A stretch of 64,000 bases of DNA from Yuukianura sp. NJ FZ-2021 (GCA_046563655.1 CM102283.1:4960001-5024000); one strand, 5' to 3'; counted from the first letter of the stretch, positions 29,910-44,598 are shown. Notes: generated by a model not told the origin, from the sequence alone. Translations and numbers: made by a program.

Positions 29910-30869
29910 GCCGTTCGAAAGCATATCTAATTTCAACTTGAAACACAAGCGAAACTATTCCTGTTGGCACATCAAACACCATTGTAGAATAGCGTTAGAG
30001 TGGAATTAGATGGTGTCAGCATAGCCTTAGAATCTAAAGGTCGCACTCAGAAATTTTGAAGAAAAATCCACTTTACTCTTTGTCCAAATGCAAGCAGGTT
30101 TTAATAAAATAGTTGTTCCAAAGCATATCTAATTTCAACTTGAAACACAAGCGAAACTATTCCTGTTGGCACATCAAACACCATTGTAGAATAGCGTTAG
30201 AGTGGAATTAGATGGTGTCAGCATAGCCTTAGAATCTAAAGGTCGCACTCAGAAATTTTGAAGAAAAATCCACTTTACTCTTTGTCCAAATGCAAGCAGG
30301 TTTTAATAAAATAGCTGTTCCAAAGCATATCTAATTTCAACTTGAAACAAAAGCGAAACTATTCCTAGACTAAAATTTGGCACATCAAACACCATTGTAG
30401 AATAGCGTTAGAGTGGAATTAGATGGTGTCAGCATAGCCTTAGAATCTAAAGGTCGCACTCATAAATTTTGAAGAAAAATCCACTTTACTCTTTGTGCAA
30501 ATGCAAGCAGGTTTTAATAAAATAGCTGTTCGAAAGCATATCTAATTTCAACTTGAAACACACGCAAAACTATTCCTGTTGGCACATCAAACACCATTGT
30601 AGAATAGCGTTAGAGTGGAATTAGATGGTGTCAGCATAGCCTTAGAATCTAAAGGTCGCACTCATAAATTTTGAAAAAAAAATCCCCTTTACTCTTTGTC
30701 CAAATGCAAGCGGGTTTTAATAAAATAGCTGTTCCAAAGCATATCTAATTTCAACTTGAAACACAAGCGAAACTATTCCTGTTGGCACATCAAACACCAT
30801 TGTAGAATAGCGTTAGAGTGGAATTAGATGGTGTCAGCATAGCCTTAGAATCTAAAGGTCGTACTCATA
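29909..30869 (-). repeat. Inverted block of satellite 1 (~4.7 monomers)
   Basis: After ...TTTTTCAAA (29909) the sequence reads AGCCGTTCGAAAGCATATCTAATTTCAACTTG..., the reverse complement of the monomer. It ends at GGTCGTACTCATA (30869). Confidence 0.97.
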
Positions 30870-33800
30870 TATTTTTCAACTAAGGTCTGATTGAATCCTG
30901 AGGAACGGAATTGTGCCAAGATAGCAATTTTAATTTGACGCTATGGAGACAGACTACAAAAATAGGGACATTTGTCTAGTTTGAGGATCTTCAAGTGGTG
31001 TTTTGAAACCAGTGTTGTTGAAAATATTTTTCAACTAACGTCTGATTGAATCCTGAGGAACGGAATTGTGCCAAGATAGCAATTTTAATTTGACGCTATG
31101 GAGACAGACTACAAAAATAGGGACATTTGTCTAGTTTGAGGATCTTCAAGTGGTTTTTCGAAACCAGTGTTGTTGAAAATATTTTTCAACTAAGGTCTGA
31201 TTGAATCCTGAGGAACGGAATTGTGCCAAGATAGCAATTTTAATTTGACGCTATGGAGACAGACTACAAAAATAGGGACATTTGTCTAGTTTGAGGATCT
31301 TCAAGTGGTTTTTCGAAACCAGTGTTGTTGAAAATATTTTTCAACTAAGGTCTGATTGAATCCTGAGGAACGGAATTGTGCCAAGATAGCAATTTTAATT
31401 TGACGCTATGGAGACAGACTACAAAAATAGGGACATTTGTCTAGTTTGAGGATCTTCAAGTGGTTTTTCGAAACCAGTGTTGTTGAAAATATTTTTCAAC
31501 TAAGGTCTGATTGAATCCTGAGGAACGGAATTGTGCCAAGATAGCAATTTTAATTTGACGCTATGGAGACAGACTACAAAAATAGGGACATTTGTCTAGT
31601 TTGAGGATCTTCAAGTGGTGTTTTGAAACCAGTGTTGTTGAAAATATTTTTCAACTAAGGTCTGATTGAATCCTGAGGAACGGAATTGTGCCAAGATAGC
31701 AATTTTAATTTGACGCTATGGAGACAGACTACAAAAATAGGGACATTTGTCTAGTTTGAGGATCTTCAAGTGGTGTTTTGAAACCAGTGTTGTTGAAAAT
31801 ATTTTTCAACTAACGTCTGATTGAATCCTGAGGAACGGAATTGTGCCAAGATAGCAATTTTAATTTGACGCTATGGAGACAGACTACAAAAATAGGGACA
31901 TTTGTCTAGTTTGAGGATCTTCAAGTGGTGTTTTGAAACCAGTGTTGTTGAAAATATTTTTCAACTAACGTCTGATTGAATCCTGAGGAACGGAATTGTG
32001 CCAAGATAGCAATTTTAATTTGACGCTATGGAGACAGACTACAAAAATAGGGACATTTGTCTAGTTTGAGGATCTTCAAGTGGTTTTTCGAAACCAGTGT
32101 TGTTGAAAATATTTTTCAACTAAGGTCTGATTGAATCCTGAGGAACGGAATTGTGCCAAGATAGCAATTTTAATTTGACGCTATGGAGACAGACTACAAA
32201 AATAGGGACATTTGTCTAGTTTGAGGATCTTCAAGTGGTGTTTTGAAACCAGTGTTGTTGAAAATATTTTTCAACTAAGGTCTGATTGAATCCTGAGGAA
32301 CGGAATTGTGCCAAGATAGCAATTTTAATTTGACGCTATGGAGACAGACTACAAAAATAGGGACATTTGTCTAGTTTGAGGATCTTCAAGTGGTTTTTTG
32401 AAACCAGTGTTGTTGAAAATATTTTTCAACTAAGGTCTGATTGAATCCTGAGGAACGGAATTGTGCCAAGATAGCAATTTTAATTTGACGCTATGGAGAC
32501 AGACTACAAAAATAGGGACATTTGTCTAGTTTGAGGATCTTCAAGTGGTGTTTTGAAACCAGTGTTGTTGAAAATATTTTTCAACTAACGTCTGATTGAA
32601 TCCTGAGGAACGGAATTGTGCCAAGATAGCAATTTTAATTTGACGCTATGGAGACAGACTACAAAAATAGGGACATTTGTCTAGTTTGAGGATCTTCAAG
32701 TGGTTTTTTGAAACCAGTGTTGTTGAAAATATTTTTCAACTAAGGTCTGATATTCAATCCTGAGGAACGGAATTGTACCAAGATAGCAATTTTAATTTGA
32801 CGCTATGGAGACAGACTACAAAAATAGGGACATTTGTCTAGTTTGAGGATCTTCAAGTGGTTTTTCGAAACCAGTGTTGTTGAAAATATTTTTCAACTAA
32901 GGTCTGATTGAATCCTGAGGAACGGAATTGTGCCAAGATAGCAATTTTAATTTGACGCTATGGAGACAGACTACAAAAATAGGGACATTTGTCTAGTTTG
33001 AGGATCTTCAAGTGGTTTTTTGAAACCAGTGTTGTTGAAAATATTTTTCAACTAAGGTCTGATTGAATCCTGAGGAACGGAATTGTGCCAAGATAGCAAT
33101 TTTAATTTGACGCTATGGAGACAGACTACAAAAATAGGGACATTTGTCTAGTTTGAGGATCTTCAAGTGGTTTTTTGAAACCAGTGTTGTTGAAAATATT
33201 TTTCAACTAACGTCTGATTGAATCCTGAGGAACGGAATTGTGCCAAGATAGCAATTTTAATTTGACGCTATGGAGACAGACTACAAAAATAGGGACATTT
33301 GTCTAGTTTGAGGATCTTCAAGTGGTTTTTCGAAACCAGTGTTGTTGAAAATATTTTTCAACTAAGGTCTGATTGAATCCTGAGGAACGGAATTGTGCCA
33401 AGATAGCAATTTTAATTTGACGCTATGGAGACAGACTACAAAAATAGGGACATTTGTCTGGTTTGAGGATCTTCAAGTGGTTTTTTGAAACCAGTGTTGT
33501 TGAAAATATTTTTCAACTAAGGTCTGAAATTCAATCCTGAGGAACGGAATTGTGCCAAGATAGCAATTTTAATTTGACGCTATGGAGACAGACTACAAAA
33601 ATAGGGACATTTGTCTAGTTTGAGGATCTTCAAGTGGTTTTTTGAAACCAGTGTTGTTGAAAATATTTTTCAACTAAGGTCTGATTGAATCCTGAGGAAC
33701 GGAATTGTGCCAAGATAGCAATTTTAATTTGACGCTATGGAGACAGACTACAAAAATAGGGACATTTGTCTAGTTTGAGGATCTTCAAGTGGTTTTTGAA

Positions 33801-36800
33801 ACCAGTGTTGTTGAAAATATTTTTCAACTAAGGTCTGATTGAATCCTGAGGAACGGAATTGTGCCAAGATAGCAATTTTAATTTGACGCTATGGAGACAG
33901 ACTACAAAAATAGGGACATTTGTCTAGTTTGAGGATCTTCAAGTGGTTTTTTGAAACCAGTGTTGTTGAAAATATTTTTCAACTAAGGTCTGATTGAATC
34001 CTGAGGAACGGAATTGTGCCAAGATAGCAATTTTAATTTGACGCTATGGAGACAGACTACAAAAATAGGGACATTTGTCTAGTTTGAGGATCTTCAAGTG
34101 GTTTTTGAAACCAGTGTTGTTGAAAATATTTTTCAACTAAGGTCTGATATTCAATCCTGAGGAACGGAATTGTACCAAGATAGCAATTTTAATTTGACGC
34201 TATGGAGACAGACTACAAAAATAGGGACATTTGTCTAGTTTGAGGATCTTCAAGTGGTTTTTCGAAACCAGTGTTGTTGAAAATATTTTTCAACTAAGGT
34301 CTGATTGAATCCTGAGGAACGGAATTGTGCCAAGATAGCAATTTTAATTTGACGCTATGGAGACAGACTACAAAAATAGGGACATTTGTCTGGTTTGAGG
34401 ATCTTCAAGTGGTTTTTTGAAACCAGTGTTGTTGAAAATATTTTTCAACTAAGGTCTGAAATTCAATCCTGAGGAACGGAATTGTGCCAAGATAGCAATT
34501 TTAATTTGACGCTATGGAGACAGACTACAAAAATAGGGACATTTGTCTAGTTTGAGGATCTTCAAGTGGTTTTTGAAACCAGTGTTGTTGAAAATATTTT
34601 TCAACTAAGGTCTGAAATTCAATCCTGAGGAACGGAATTGTGCCAAGATAGCAATTTTAATTTGACGCTATGGAGACAGACTACAAAAATAGGGACATTT
34701 GTCTAGTTTGAGGATCTTCAAGTGGTTTTTTGAAACCAGTGTTGTTGAAAATATTTTTCAACTAAGGTCTGATTGAATCCTGAGGAACGGAATTGTGCCA
34801 AGATAGCAATTTTAATTTGACGCTATGGAGACAGACTACAAAAATAGGGACATTTGTCTAGTTTGAGGATCTTCAAGTGGTTTTTTGAAACCAGTGTTGT
34901 TGAAAATATTTTTCAACTAAGGTCTGATTGAATCCTGAGGAACGGAATTGTGCCAAGATAGCAATTTTAATTTGACGCTATGGAGACAGACTACAAAAAT
35001 AGGGACATTTGTCTAGTTTGAGGATCTTCAAGTGGTTTTTTGAAACCAGTGTTGTTGAAAATATTTTTCAACTAAGGTCTGATATTGAATCCTGAGGAAC
35101 GGAATTGTGCCAAGATAGCAATTTTAATTTGACGCTATGGAGACAGACTACAAAAATAGGGACATTTGTCTAGTTTGAGGATCTTCAAGTGGTTTTTCGA
35201 AACCAGTGTTGTTGAAAATATTTTTCAACTAAGGTCTGATATTCAATCCTGAGGAACGGAATTGTACCAAGATAGCAATTTTAATTTGACGCTATGGAGA
35301 CAGACTACAAAAATAGGGACATTTGTCTAGTTTGAGGATCTTCAAGTGGTTTTTCGAAACCAGTGTTGTTGAAAATATTTTTCAACTAAGGTCTGATTGA
35401 ATCCTGAGGAACGGAATTGTGCCAAGATAGCAATTTTAATTTGACGCTATGGAGACAGACTACAAAAATAGGGACATTTGTCTGGTTTGAGGATCTTCAA
35501 GTGGTTTTTTGAAACCAGTGTTGTTGAAAATATTTTTCAACTAAGGTCTGAAATTCAATCCTGAGGAACGGAATTGTGCCAAGATAGCAATTTTAATTTG
35601 ACGCTATGGAGACAGACTACAAAAATAGGGACATTTGTCTAGTTTGAGGATCTTCAAGTGGTTTTTTGAAACCAGTGTTGTTGAAAATATTTTTCAACTA
35701 AGGTCTGATTGAATCCTGAGGAACGGAATTGTGCCAAGATAGCAATTTTAATTTGACGCTATGGAGACAGACTACAAAAATAGGGACATTTGTCTAGTTT
35801 GAGGATCTTCAAGTGGTTTTTTGAAACCAGTGTTGTTGAAAATATTTTTCAACTAAGGTCTGATATTCAATCCTGAGGAACGGAATTGTACCAAGATAGC
35901 AATTTTAATTTGACGCTATGGAGACAGACTACAAAAATAGGGACATTTGTCTAGTTTGAGGATCTTCAAGTGGTTTTTCGAAACCAGTGTTGTTGAAAAT
36001 ATTTTTCAACTAAGGTCTGATTGAATCCTGAGGAACGGAATTGTGCCAAGATAGCAATTTTAATTTGACGCTATGGAGACAGACTACAAAAATAGGGACA
36101 TTTGTCTGGTTTGAGGATCTTCAAGTGGTTTTTGAAACCAGTGTTGTTGAAAATATTTTTCAACTAAGGTCTGAAATTCAATCCTGAGGAACGGAATTGT
36201 GCCAAGATAGCAATTTTAATTTGACGCTATGGAGACAGACTACAAAAATAGGGACATTTGTCTGGTTTGAGGATCTTCAAGTGGTTTTTTGAAACCAGTG
36301 TTGTTGAAAATATTTTTCAACTAAGGTCTGAAATTCAATCCTGAGGAACGGAATTGTGCCAAGATAGCAATTTTAATTTGACGCTATGGAGACAGACTAC
36401 AAAAATAGGGACATTTGTCTAGTTTGAGGATCTTCAAGTGGTTTTTTGAAACCAGTGTTGTTGAAAATATTTTTCAACTAAGGTCTGATTGAATCCTGAG
36501 GAACGGAATTGTGCCAAGATAGCAATTTTAATTTGACGCTATGGAGACAGACTACAAAAATAGGGACATTTGTCTAGTTTGAGGATCTTCAAGTGGTTTT
36601 TTGAAACCAGTGTTGTTGAAAATATTTTTCAACTAAGGTCTGATTGAATCCTGAGGAACGGAATTGTGCCAAGATAGCAATTTGAATTTGACGCTATGGA
36701 GACAGACTACAAAAATAGGGACATTTGTCTAGTTTGAGGATCTTCAAGTGGTTTTTTGAAACCAGTGTTGTTGAAAATATTTTTCAACTAACGTCTGATT

Positions 36801-39800
36801 GAATCCTGAGGAACGGAATTGTGCCAAGATAGCAATTTTAATTTGACGCTATGGAGACAGACTACAAAAATAGGGACATTTGTCTAGTTTGAGGATCTTC
36901 AAGTGGTTTTTTGAAACCAGTGTTGTTGAAAATATTTTTCAACTAACGTCTGATTGAATCCTGAGGAACGGAATTGTGCCAAGATAGCAATTTTAATTTG
37001 ACGCTATGGAGACAGACTACAAAAATAGGGACATTTGTCTAGTTTGAGGATCTTCAAGTGGTTTTTTGAAACCAGTGTTGTTGAAAATATTTTTCAACTA
37101 AGGTCTGATTGAATCCTGAGGAACGGAATTGTGCCAAGATAGCAATTTTAATTTGACGCTATGGAGACAGACTACAAAAATAGGGACATTTGTCTAGTTT
37201 GAGGATCTTCAAGTGGTTTTTTGAAACCAGTGTTGTTGAAAATATTTTTCAACTAACGTCTGATTGAATCCTGAGGAACGGAATTGTGCCAAGATAGCAA
37301 TTTTAATTTGACGCTATGGAGACAGACTACAAAAATAGGGACATTTGTCTAGTTTGAGGATCTTCAAGTGGTTTTTTGAAACCAGTGTTGTTGAAAATAT
37401 TTTTCAACTAACGTCTGATTGAATCCTGAGGAACGGAATTGTGCCAAGATAGCAATTTTAATTTGACGCTATGGAGACAGACTACAAAAATAGGGACATT
37501 TGTCTAGTTTGAGGATCTTCAAGTGGTTTTTTGAAACCAGTGTTGTTGAAAATATTTTTCAACTAAGGTCTGATTGAATCCTGAGGAACGGAATTGTGCC
37601 AAGATAGCAATTTTAATTTGACGCTATGGAGACAGACTACAAAAATAGGGACATTTGTCTAGTTTGAGGATCTTCAAGTGGTTTTTTGAAACCAGTGTTG
37701 TTGAAAATATTTTTCAACTAAGGTCTGATTGAATCCTGAGGAACGGAATTGTGCCAAGATAGCAATTTTAATTTGACGCTATGGAGACAGACTACAAAAA
37801 TAGGGACATTTGTCTAGTTTGAGGATCTTCAAGTGGTTTTTTGAAACCAGTGTTGTTGAAAATATTTTTCAACTAACGTCTGATTGAATCCTGAGGAACG
37901 GAATTGTGCCAAGATAGCAATTTTAATTTGACGCTATGGAGACAGACTACAAAAATAGGGACATTTGTCTAGTTTGAGGATCTTCAAGTGGTTTTTTGAA
38001 ACCAGTGTTGTTGAAAATATTTTTCAACTAAGGTCTGATATTCAATCCTGAGGAACGGAATTGTGCCAAGATAGCAATTTTAATTTGACGCTATGGAGAC
38101 AGACTACAAAAATAGGGACATTTGTCTAGTTTGAGGATCTTCAAGTGGTTTTTCGAAACCAGTGTTGTTGAAAATATTTTTCAACTAAGGTCTGATTGAA
38201 TCCTGAGGAACGGAATTGTGCCAAGATAGCAATTTTAATTTGACGCTATGGAGACAGACTACAAAAATAGGGACATTTGTCTGGTTTGAGGATCTTCAAG
38301 TGGTTTTTTGAAACCAGTGTTGTTGAAAATATTTTTCAACTAAGGTCTGAAATTCAATCCTGAGGAACGGAATTGTGCCAAGATAGCAATTTTAATTTGA
38401 CGCTATGGAGACAGACTACAAAAATAGGGACATTTGTCTGGTTTGAGGATCTTCAAGTGGTTTTTTGAAACCAGTGTTGTTGAAAATATTTTTCAACTAA
38501 GGTCTGAAATTCAATCCTGAGGAACGGAATTGTGCCAAGATAGCAATTTTAATTTGACGCTATGGAGACAGACTACAAAAATAGGGACATTTGTCTAGTT
38601 TGAGGATCTTCAAGTGGTTTTTTGAAACCAGTGTTGTTGAAAATATTTTTCAACTAAGGTCTGAAATTGAATCCTGAGGAACGGAATTGTGCCAAGATAG
38701 CAATTTTAATTTGACGCTATGGAGACAGACTACAAAAATAGGGACATTTGTCTAGTTTGAGGATCTTCAAGTGGTTTTTTGAAACCAGTGTTGTTGAAAA
38801 TATTTTTCAACTAAGGTCTGATTGAATCCTGAGGAACGGAATTGTGCCAAGATAGCAATTTGAATTTGACGCTATGGAGACAGACTACAAAAATAGGGAC
38901 ATTTGTCTAGTTTGAGGATCTTCAAGTGGTTTTTTGAAACCAGTGTTGTTGAAAATATTTTTCAACTAAGGTCTGATTGAATCCTGAGGAACGGAATTGT
39001 GCCAAGATAGCAATTTTAATTTGACGCTATGGAGACAGACTACAAAAATAGGGACATTTGTCTAGTTTGAGGATCTTCAAGTGGTTTTTTGAAACCAGTG
39101 TTGTTGAAAATATTTTTCAACTAACGTCTGATTGAATCCTGAGGAACGGAATTGTGCCAAGATAGCAATTTTAATTTGACGCTATGGAGACAGACTACAA
39201 AAATAGGGACATTTGTCTAGTTTGAGGATCTTCAAGTGGTTTTTTGAAACCAGTGTTGTTGAAAATATTTTTCAACTAAGGTCTGATTGAATCCTGAGGA
39301 ACGGAATTGTGCCAAGATAGCAATTTTAATTTGACGCTATGGAGACAGACTACAAAAATAGGGACATTTGTCTAGTTTGAGGATCTTCAAGTGGTTTTTT
39401 GAAACCAGTGTTGTTGAAAATATTTTTCAACTAAGGTCTGATTGAATCCTGAGGAACGGAATTGTGCCAAGATAGCAATTTTAATTTGACGCTATGGAGA
39501 CAGACTACAAAAATAGGGACATTTGTCTGGTTTGAGGATCTTCAAGTGGTTTTTTGAAACCAGTGTTGTTGAAAATATTTTTCAACTAAGGTCTGAAATT
39601 CAATCCTGAGGAACGGAATTGTGCCAAGATAGCAATTTTAATTTGACGCTATGGAGACAGACTACAAAAATAGGGACATTTGTCTAGTTTGAGGATCTTC
39701 AAGTGGTTTTTTGAAACCAGTGTTGTTGAAAATATTTTTCAACTAAGGTCTGATATTGAATCCTGAGGAACGGAATTGTGCCAAGATAGCAATTTTAATT

Positions 39801-42800
39801 TGACGCTATGGAGACAGACTACAAAAATAGGGACATTTGTCTAGTTTGAGGATCTTCAAGTGGTTTTTTGAAACCAGTGTTGTTGAAAATATTTTTCAAC
39901 TAAGGTCTGATTGAATCCTGAGGAACGGAATTGTGCCAAGATAGCAATTTTAATTTGACGCTATGGAGACAGACTACAAAAATAGGGACATTTGTCTATT
40001 TTGAGGATCTTCAAGTGGTTTTTTGAAACCAGTGTTGTTGAAAATATTTTTCAACTAACGTCTGATTGAATCCTGAGGAACGGAATTGTGCCAAGATAGC
40101 AATTTTAATTTGACGCTATGGAGACAGACTACAAAAATAGGGACATTTGTCTAGTTTGAGGATCTTCAAGTGGTTTTGTGAAACCAGTGTTGTTGAAAAT
40201 ATTTTTCAACTAAGGTCTGATATTCAATCCTGAGGAACGGAATTGTACCAAGATAGCAATTTTAATTTGACGCTATGGAGACAGACTACAAAAATAGGGA
40301 CATTTGTCTAGTTTGAGGATCTTCAAGTGGTTTTTCGAAACCAGTGTTGTTGAAAATATTTTTCAACTAAGGTCTGATTGAATCCTGAGGAACGGAATTG
40401 TGCCAAGATAGCAATTTTAATTTGACGCTATGGAGACAGACTACAAAAATAGGGACATTTGTCTGGTTTGAGGATCTTCAAGTGGTTTTTTGAAACCAGT
40501 GTTGTTGAAAATATTTTTCAACTAAGGTCTGAAATTCAATCCTGAGGAACGGAATTGTGCCAAGATAGCAATTTTAATTTGACGCTATGGAGACAGACTA
40601 CAAAAATAGGGACATTTGTCTGGTTTGAGGATCTTCAAGTGGTTTTTTGAAACCAGTGTTGTTGAAAATATTTTTCAACTAAGGTCTGAAATTCAATCCT
40701 GAGGAACGGAATTGTGCCAAGATAGCAATTTTAATTTGACGCTATGGAGACAGACTACAAAAATAGGGACATTTGTCTAGTTTGAGGATCTTCAAGTGGT
40801 TTTTTGAAACCAGTGTTGTTGAAAATATTTTTCAACTAAGGTCTGATTGAATCCTGAGGAACGGAATTGTGCCAAGATAGCAATTTTAATTTGACGCTAT
40901 GGAGACAGACTACAAAAATAGGGACATTTGTCTAGTTTGAGGAACTTCAAGTGGTTTTTTGAAACCAGTGTTGTTGAAAATATTTTTCAACTAAGGTCTG
41001 ATTGAATCCTGAGGAACGGAATTGTGCCAAGATAGCAATTTGAATTTGACGCTATGGAGACAGACTACAAAAATAGGGACATTTGTCTAGTTTGAGGATC
41101 TTCAAGTGGTTTTTTGAAACCAGTGTTGTTGAAAATATTTTTCAACTAACGTCTGATTGAATCCTGAGGAACGGAATTGTGCCAAGATAGCAATTTTAAT
41201 TTGACGCTATGGAGACAGACTACAAAAATAGGGACATTTGTCTAGTTTGAGGATCTTCAAGTGGTTTTTTGAAACCAGTGTTGTTGAAAATATTTTTCAA
41301 CTAACGTCTGATTGAATCCTGAGGAACGGAATTGCGCCAAGATAGCAATTTTAATTTGACGCTATGGAGACAGACTACAAAAATAGGGACATTTGTCTAG
41401 TTTGAGGATCTTCAAGTGGTTTTTTGAAACCAGTGTTGTTGAAAATATTTTTCAACTAAGGTCTGATATTCAATCCTGAGGAACGGAATTGTACCAAGAT
41501 AGCAATTTTAATTTGACGCTATGGAGACAGACTACAAAAATAGGGACATTTGTCTAGTTTGAGGATCTTCAAGTGGTTTTTCGAAACCAGTGTTGTTGAA
41601 AATATTTTTCAACTAAGGTCTGATTGAATCCTGAGGAACGGAATTGTGCCAAGATAGCAATTTTAATTTGACGCTATGGAGACAGACTACAAAAATAGGG
41701 ACATTTGTCTGGTTTGAGGATCTTCAAGTGGTTTTTTGAAACCAGTGTTGTTGAAAATATTTTTCAACTAAGGTCTGAAATTCAATCCTGAGGAACGGAA
41801 TTGTGCCAAGATAGCAATTTTAATTTGACGCTATGGAGACAGACTACAAATAGGGACATTTGTCTAGTTTGAGGATCTTCAAGTGGTTTTTTGAAACCAG
41901 TGTTGTTGAAAATATTTTTCAACTAAGGTCTGATTGAATCCTGAGGAACGGAATTGTGCCAAGATAGCAATTTTAATTTGACGCTATGGAGACAGACAAC
42001 AAAAATAGGGACATTTGTCTAGCTTGAGGATCTTCAAGTGGTTTTTTGAAACCAGTGTTGTTGAAAATATTTTTCAACTAAGGTCTGATTGAATCCTGAG
42101 GAACGGAATTGTGCCAAGATAGCAATTTTAATTTGACGCTATGGAGACAGACTACAAAAATAGGGACATTTGTCTAGTTTGAGGATCTTCAAGTGGTTTT
42201 TTGAAACCAGTGTTGTTGAAAATATTTTTCAACTAACGTCTGATTGAATCCTGAGGAACGGAATTGTACCAAGATAGCAATTTTAATTTGACGCTATGGA
42301 GACAGAGTACAAAAATAGGGACATTTGTCTAGTTTGAGGATCTTCAAGTGGTTTTTCGAAACCAGTGTTGTTGAAAATATTTTTCAACTAAGGTCTGATT
42401 GAATCCTGAGGAACGGAATTGTACCAAGATAGCAATTTGAATTTGACGCTATGGAGACAGACTACAAAAATAGGGACATTTGTCTAGTTTGAGGATCTTC
42501 AAGTGGTTTTTCGAAACCAGTGTTGTTGAAAATATTTTTCAACTAAGGTCTGATTGAATCCTGAGGAACGGAATTGTGCCAAGATAGCAATTTTAATTTG
42601 ACGCTATGGAGACAGACTACAAAAATAGGGACATTTGTCTGGTTTGAGGATCTTCAAGTGGTTTTTTGAAACCAGTGTTGTTGAAAATATTTTTCAACTA
42701 AGGTCTGAAATTCAATCCTGAGGAACGGAATTGTGCCAAGATAGCAATTTTAATTTGACGCTATGGAGACAGACTACAAAAATAGGGACATTTGTCTAGT

Positions 42801-44527
42801 TTGAGGATCTTCAAGTGGTTTTTTGAAACCAGTGTTGTTGAAAATATTTTTCAACTAAGGTCTGATTGAATCCTGAGGAACGGAATTGTGCCAAGATAGC
42901 AATTTTAATTTGACGCTATGGAGACAGACTACAAAAATAGGGACATTTGTCTAGTTTGAGGATCTTCAAGTGGTTTTTTGAAACCAGTGTAGTTGAAAAT
43001 ATTTTTCAACTAAGGTCTGATTGAATCCTGAGGAACGGAATTGTGCCAAGATAGCAATTTTAATTTGACGCTATGGATACAGACTACAAAAATAGGGACA
43101 TTTGTCTAGTTTGAGGATCTTCAAGTGGTTTTTTGAAACCAGTGTTGTTGAAAATATTTTTCAACTAAGGTCTGATTGAATCCTGAGGAACGGAATTGTA
43201 CCAAGATAGCAATTTGAATTTGACGCTATGGAGACAGACTACAAAAATAGGGACATTTGTCTAGTTTGAGGATCTTCAAGTGGTTTTTTGAAACCAGTGT
43301 TGTTGAAAATATTTTTCAACTAAGGTCTGATTGAATCCTGAGGAACGGAATTGTGCCAAGATAGCAATTTTAATTTGACGCTATGGAGACAGACTACAAA
43401 AATAGGGACATTTGTCTAGTTTGAGGATCTTCAAGTGGTTTTTTGAAACCAGTGTAGTTGAAAATATTTTTCAACTAAGGTCTGATTGAATCCTGAGGAA
43501 CGGAATTGTGCCAAGATAGCAATTTTAATTTGACGCTATGGATACAGACTACAAAAATAGGGACATTTGTCTAGTTTGAGGATCTTCAAGTGGTTTTTTG
43601 AAACCAGTGTTGTTGAAAATATTTTTCAACTAAGGTCTGATTGAATCCTGAGGAACGGAATTGTACCAAGATAGCAATTTGAATTTGACGCTATGGAGAC
43701 AGACTACAAAAATAGGGACATTTGTCTAGTTTGAGGATCTTCAAGTGGTTTTTCGAAACCAGTGTTGTTGAAAATATTTTTCAACTAAGGTCTGATTGAA
43801 TCCTGAGGAACGGAATTGTGCCAAGATAGCAATTTTAATTTGACGCTATGGAGACAGACTACAAAAATAGGGACATTTGTCTGGTTTGAGGATCTTCAAG
43901 TGGTTTTTTGAAACCAGTGTTGTTGAAAATATTTTTCAACTAAGGTCTGAAATTCAATCCTGAGGAACGGAATTGTGCCAAGATAGCAATTTTAATTTGA
44001 CGCTATGGAGACAGACTACAAAAATAGGGACATTTGTCTAGTTTGAGGATCTTCAAGTGGTTTTTGAAACCAGTGTTGTTGAAAATATTTTTCAACTAAG
44101 GTCTGATTGAATCCTGAGGAACGGAATTGTGCCAAGATAGCAATGTTAATTTGACGCTATGGAGACAGACTACAAAAATAGGGACATTTGTCTAGTTTGA
44201 GGATCTTCAAGTGGTTTTTTGAAACCAGTGTTGTTGAAAATATTTTTCAACTAACGTCTGATTGAATCCTGAGGAACGGAATTGTGCCAAGATAGCAATT
44301 TTAATTTGACGCTATGGAGACAGACTACAAAAATAGGGACATTTGTCTAGTTTGAGGATCTTCAAGTGGTTTTTTGAAACCAGTGTTGTTGAAAATATTT
44401 TTCAACTAAGGTCTGATATTCAATCCTGAGGAACGGAATTGTACCAAGATAGCAATTTTAATTTGACGCTATGGAGACAGACTACAAAAATAGGGACATT
44501 TGTCTTTTTTTTTTTTTTTTTTTTTTT

Positions 44528-44598
44528 AAGAGTTAAATTTTTATTTCACAGTCACCTGCCAAAGGCAGGTTGAGAAAAGAAGTAGGATTTAAATTAGA
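44528..44598 (-). other. Short 3' UTR of the CRE-like element with stem-loop and polyadenylation signal
   Basis: Perfect hairpin ACCTGCC-TTT-GGCAGGT on - (44554-44570). AATAAA on - at 44540-44545, about 12 nt before the poly-A tail. Confidence 0.75.

Noticed and set aside
31155-31225. Hammerhead-like motif order in satellite 2 (GAAACC...hairpin...GGTC...CTGAGGA)
   Set aside because: A stem III can be drawn, but stem I (TGATTGAATC) and stem II do not pair properly, and the common AACGTC variant breaks the core-proximal pairing. An Infernal search or cleavage assay would be needed to revive it.
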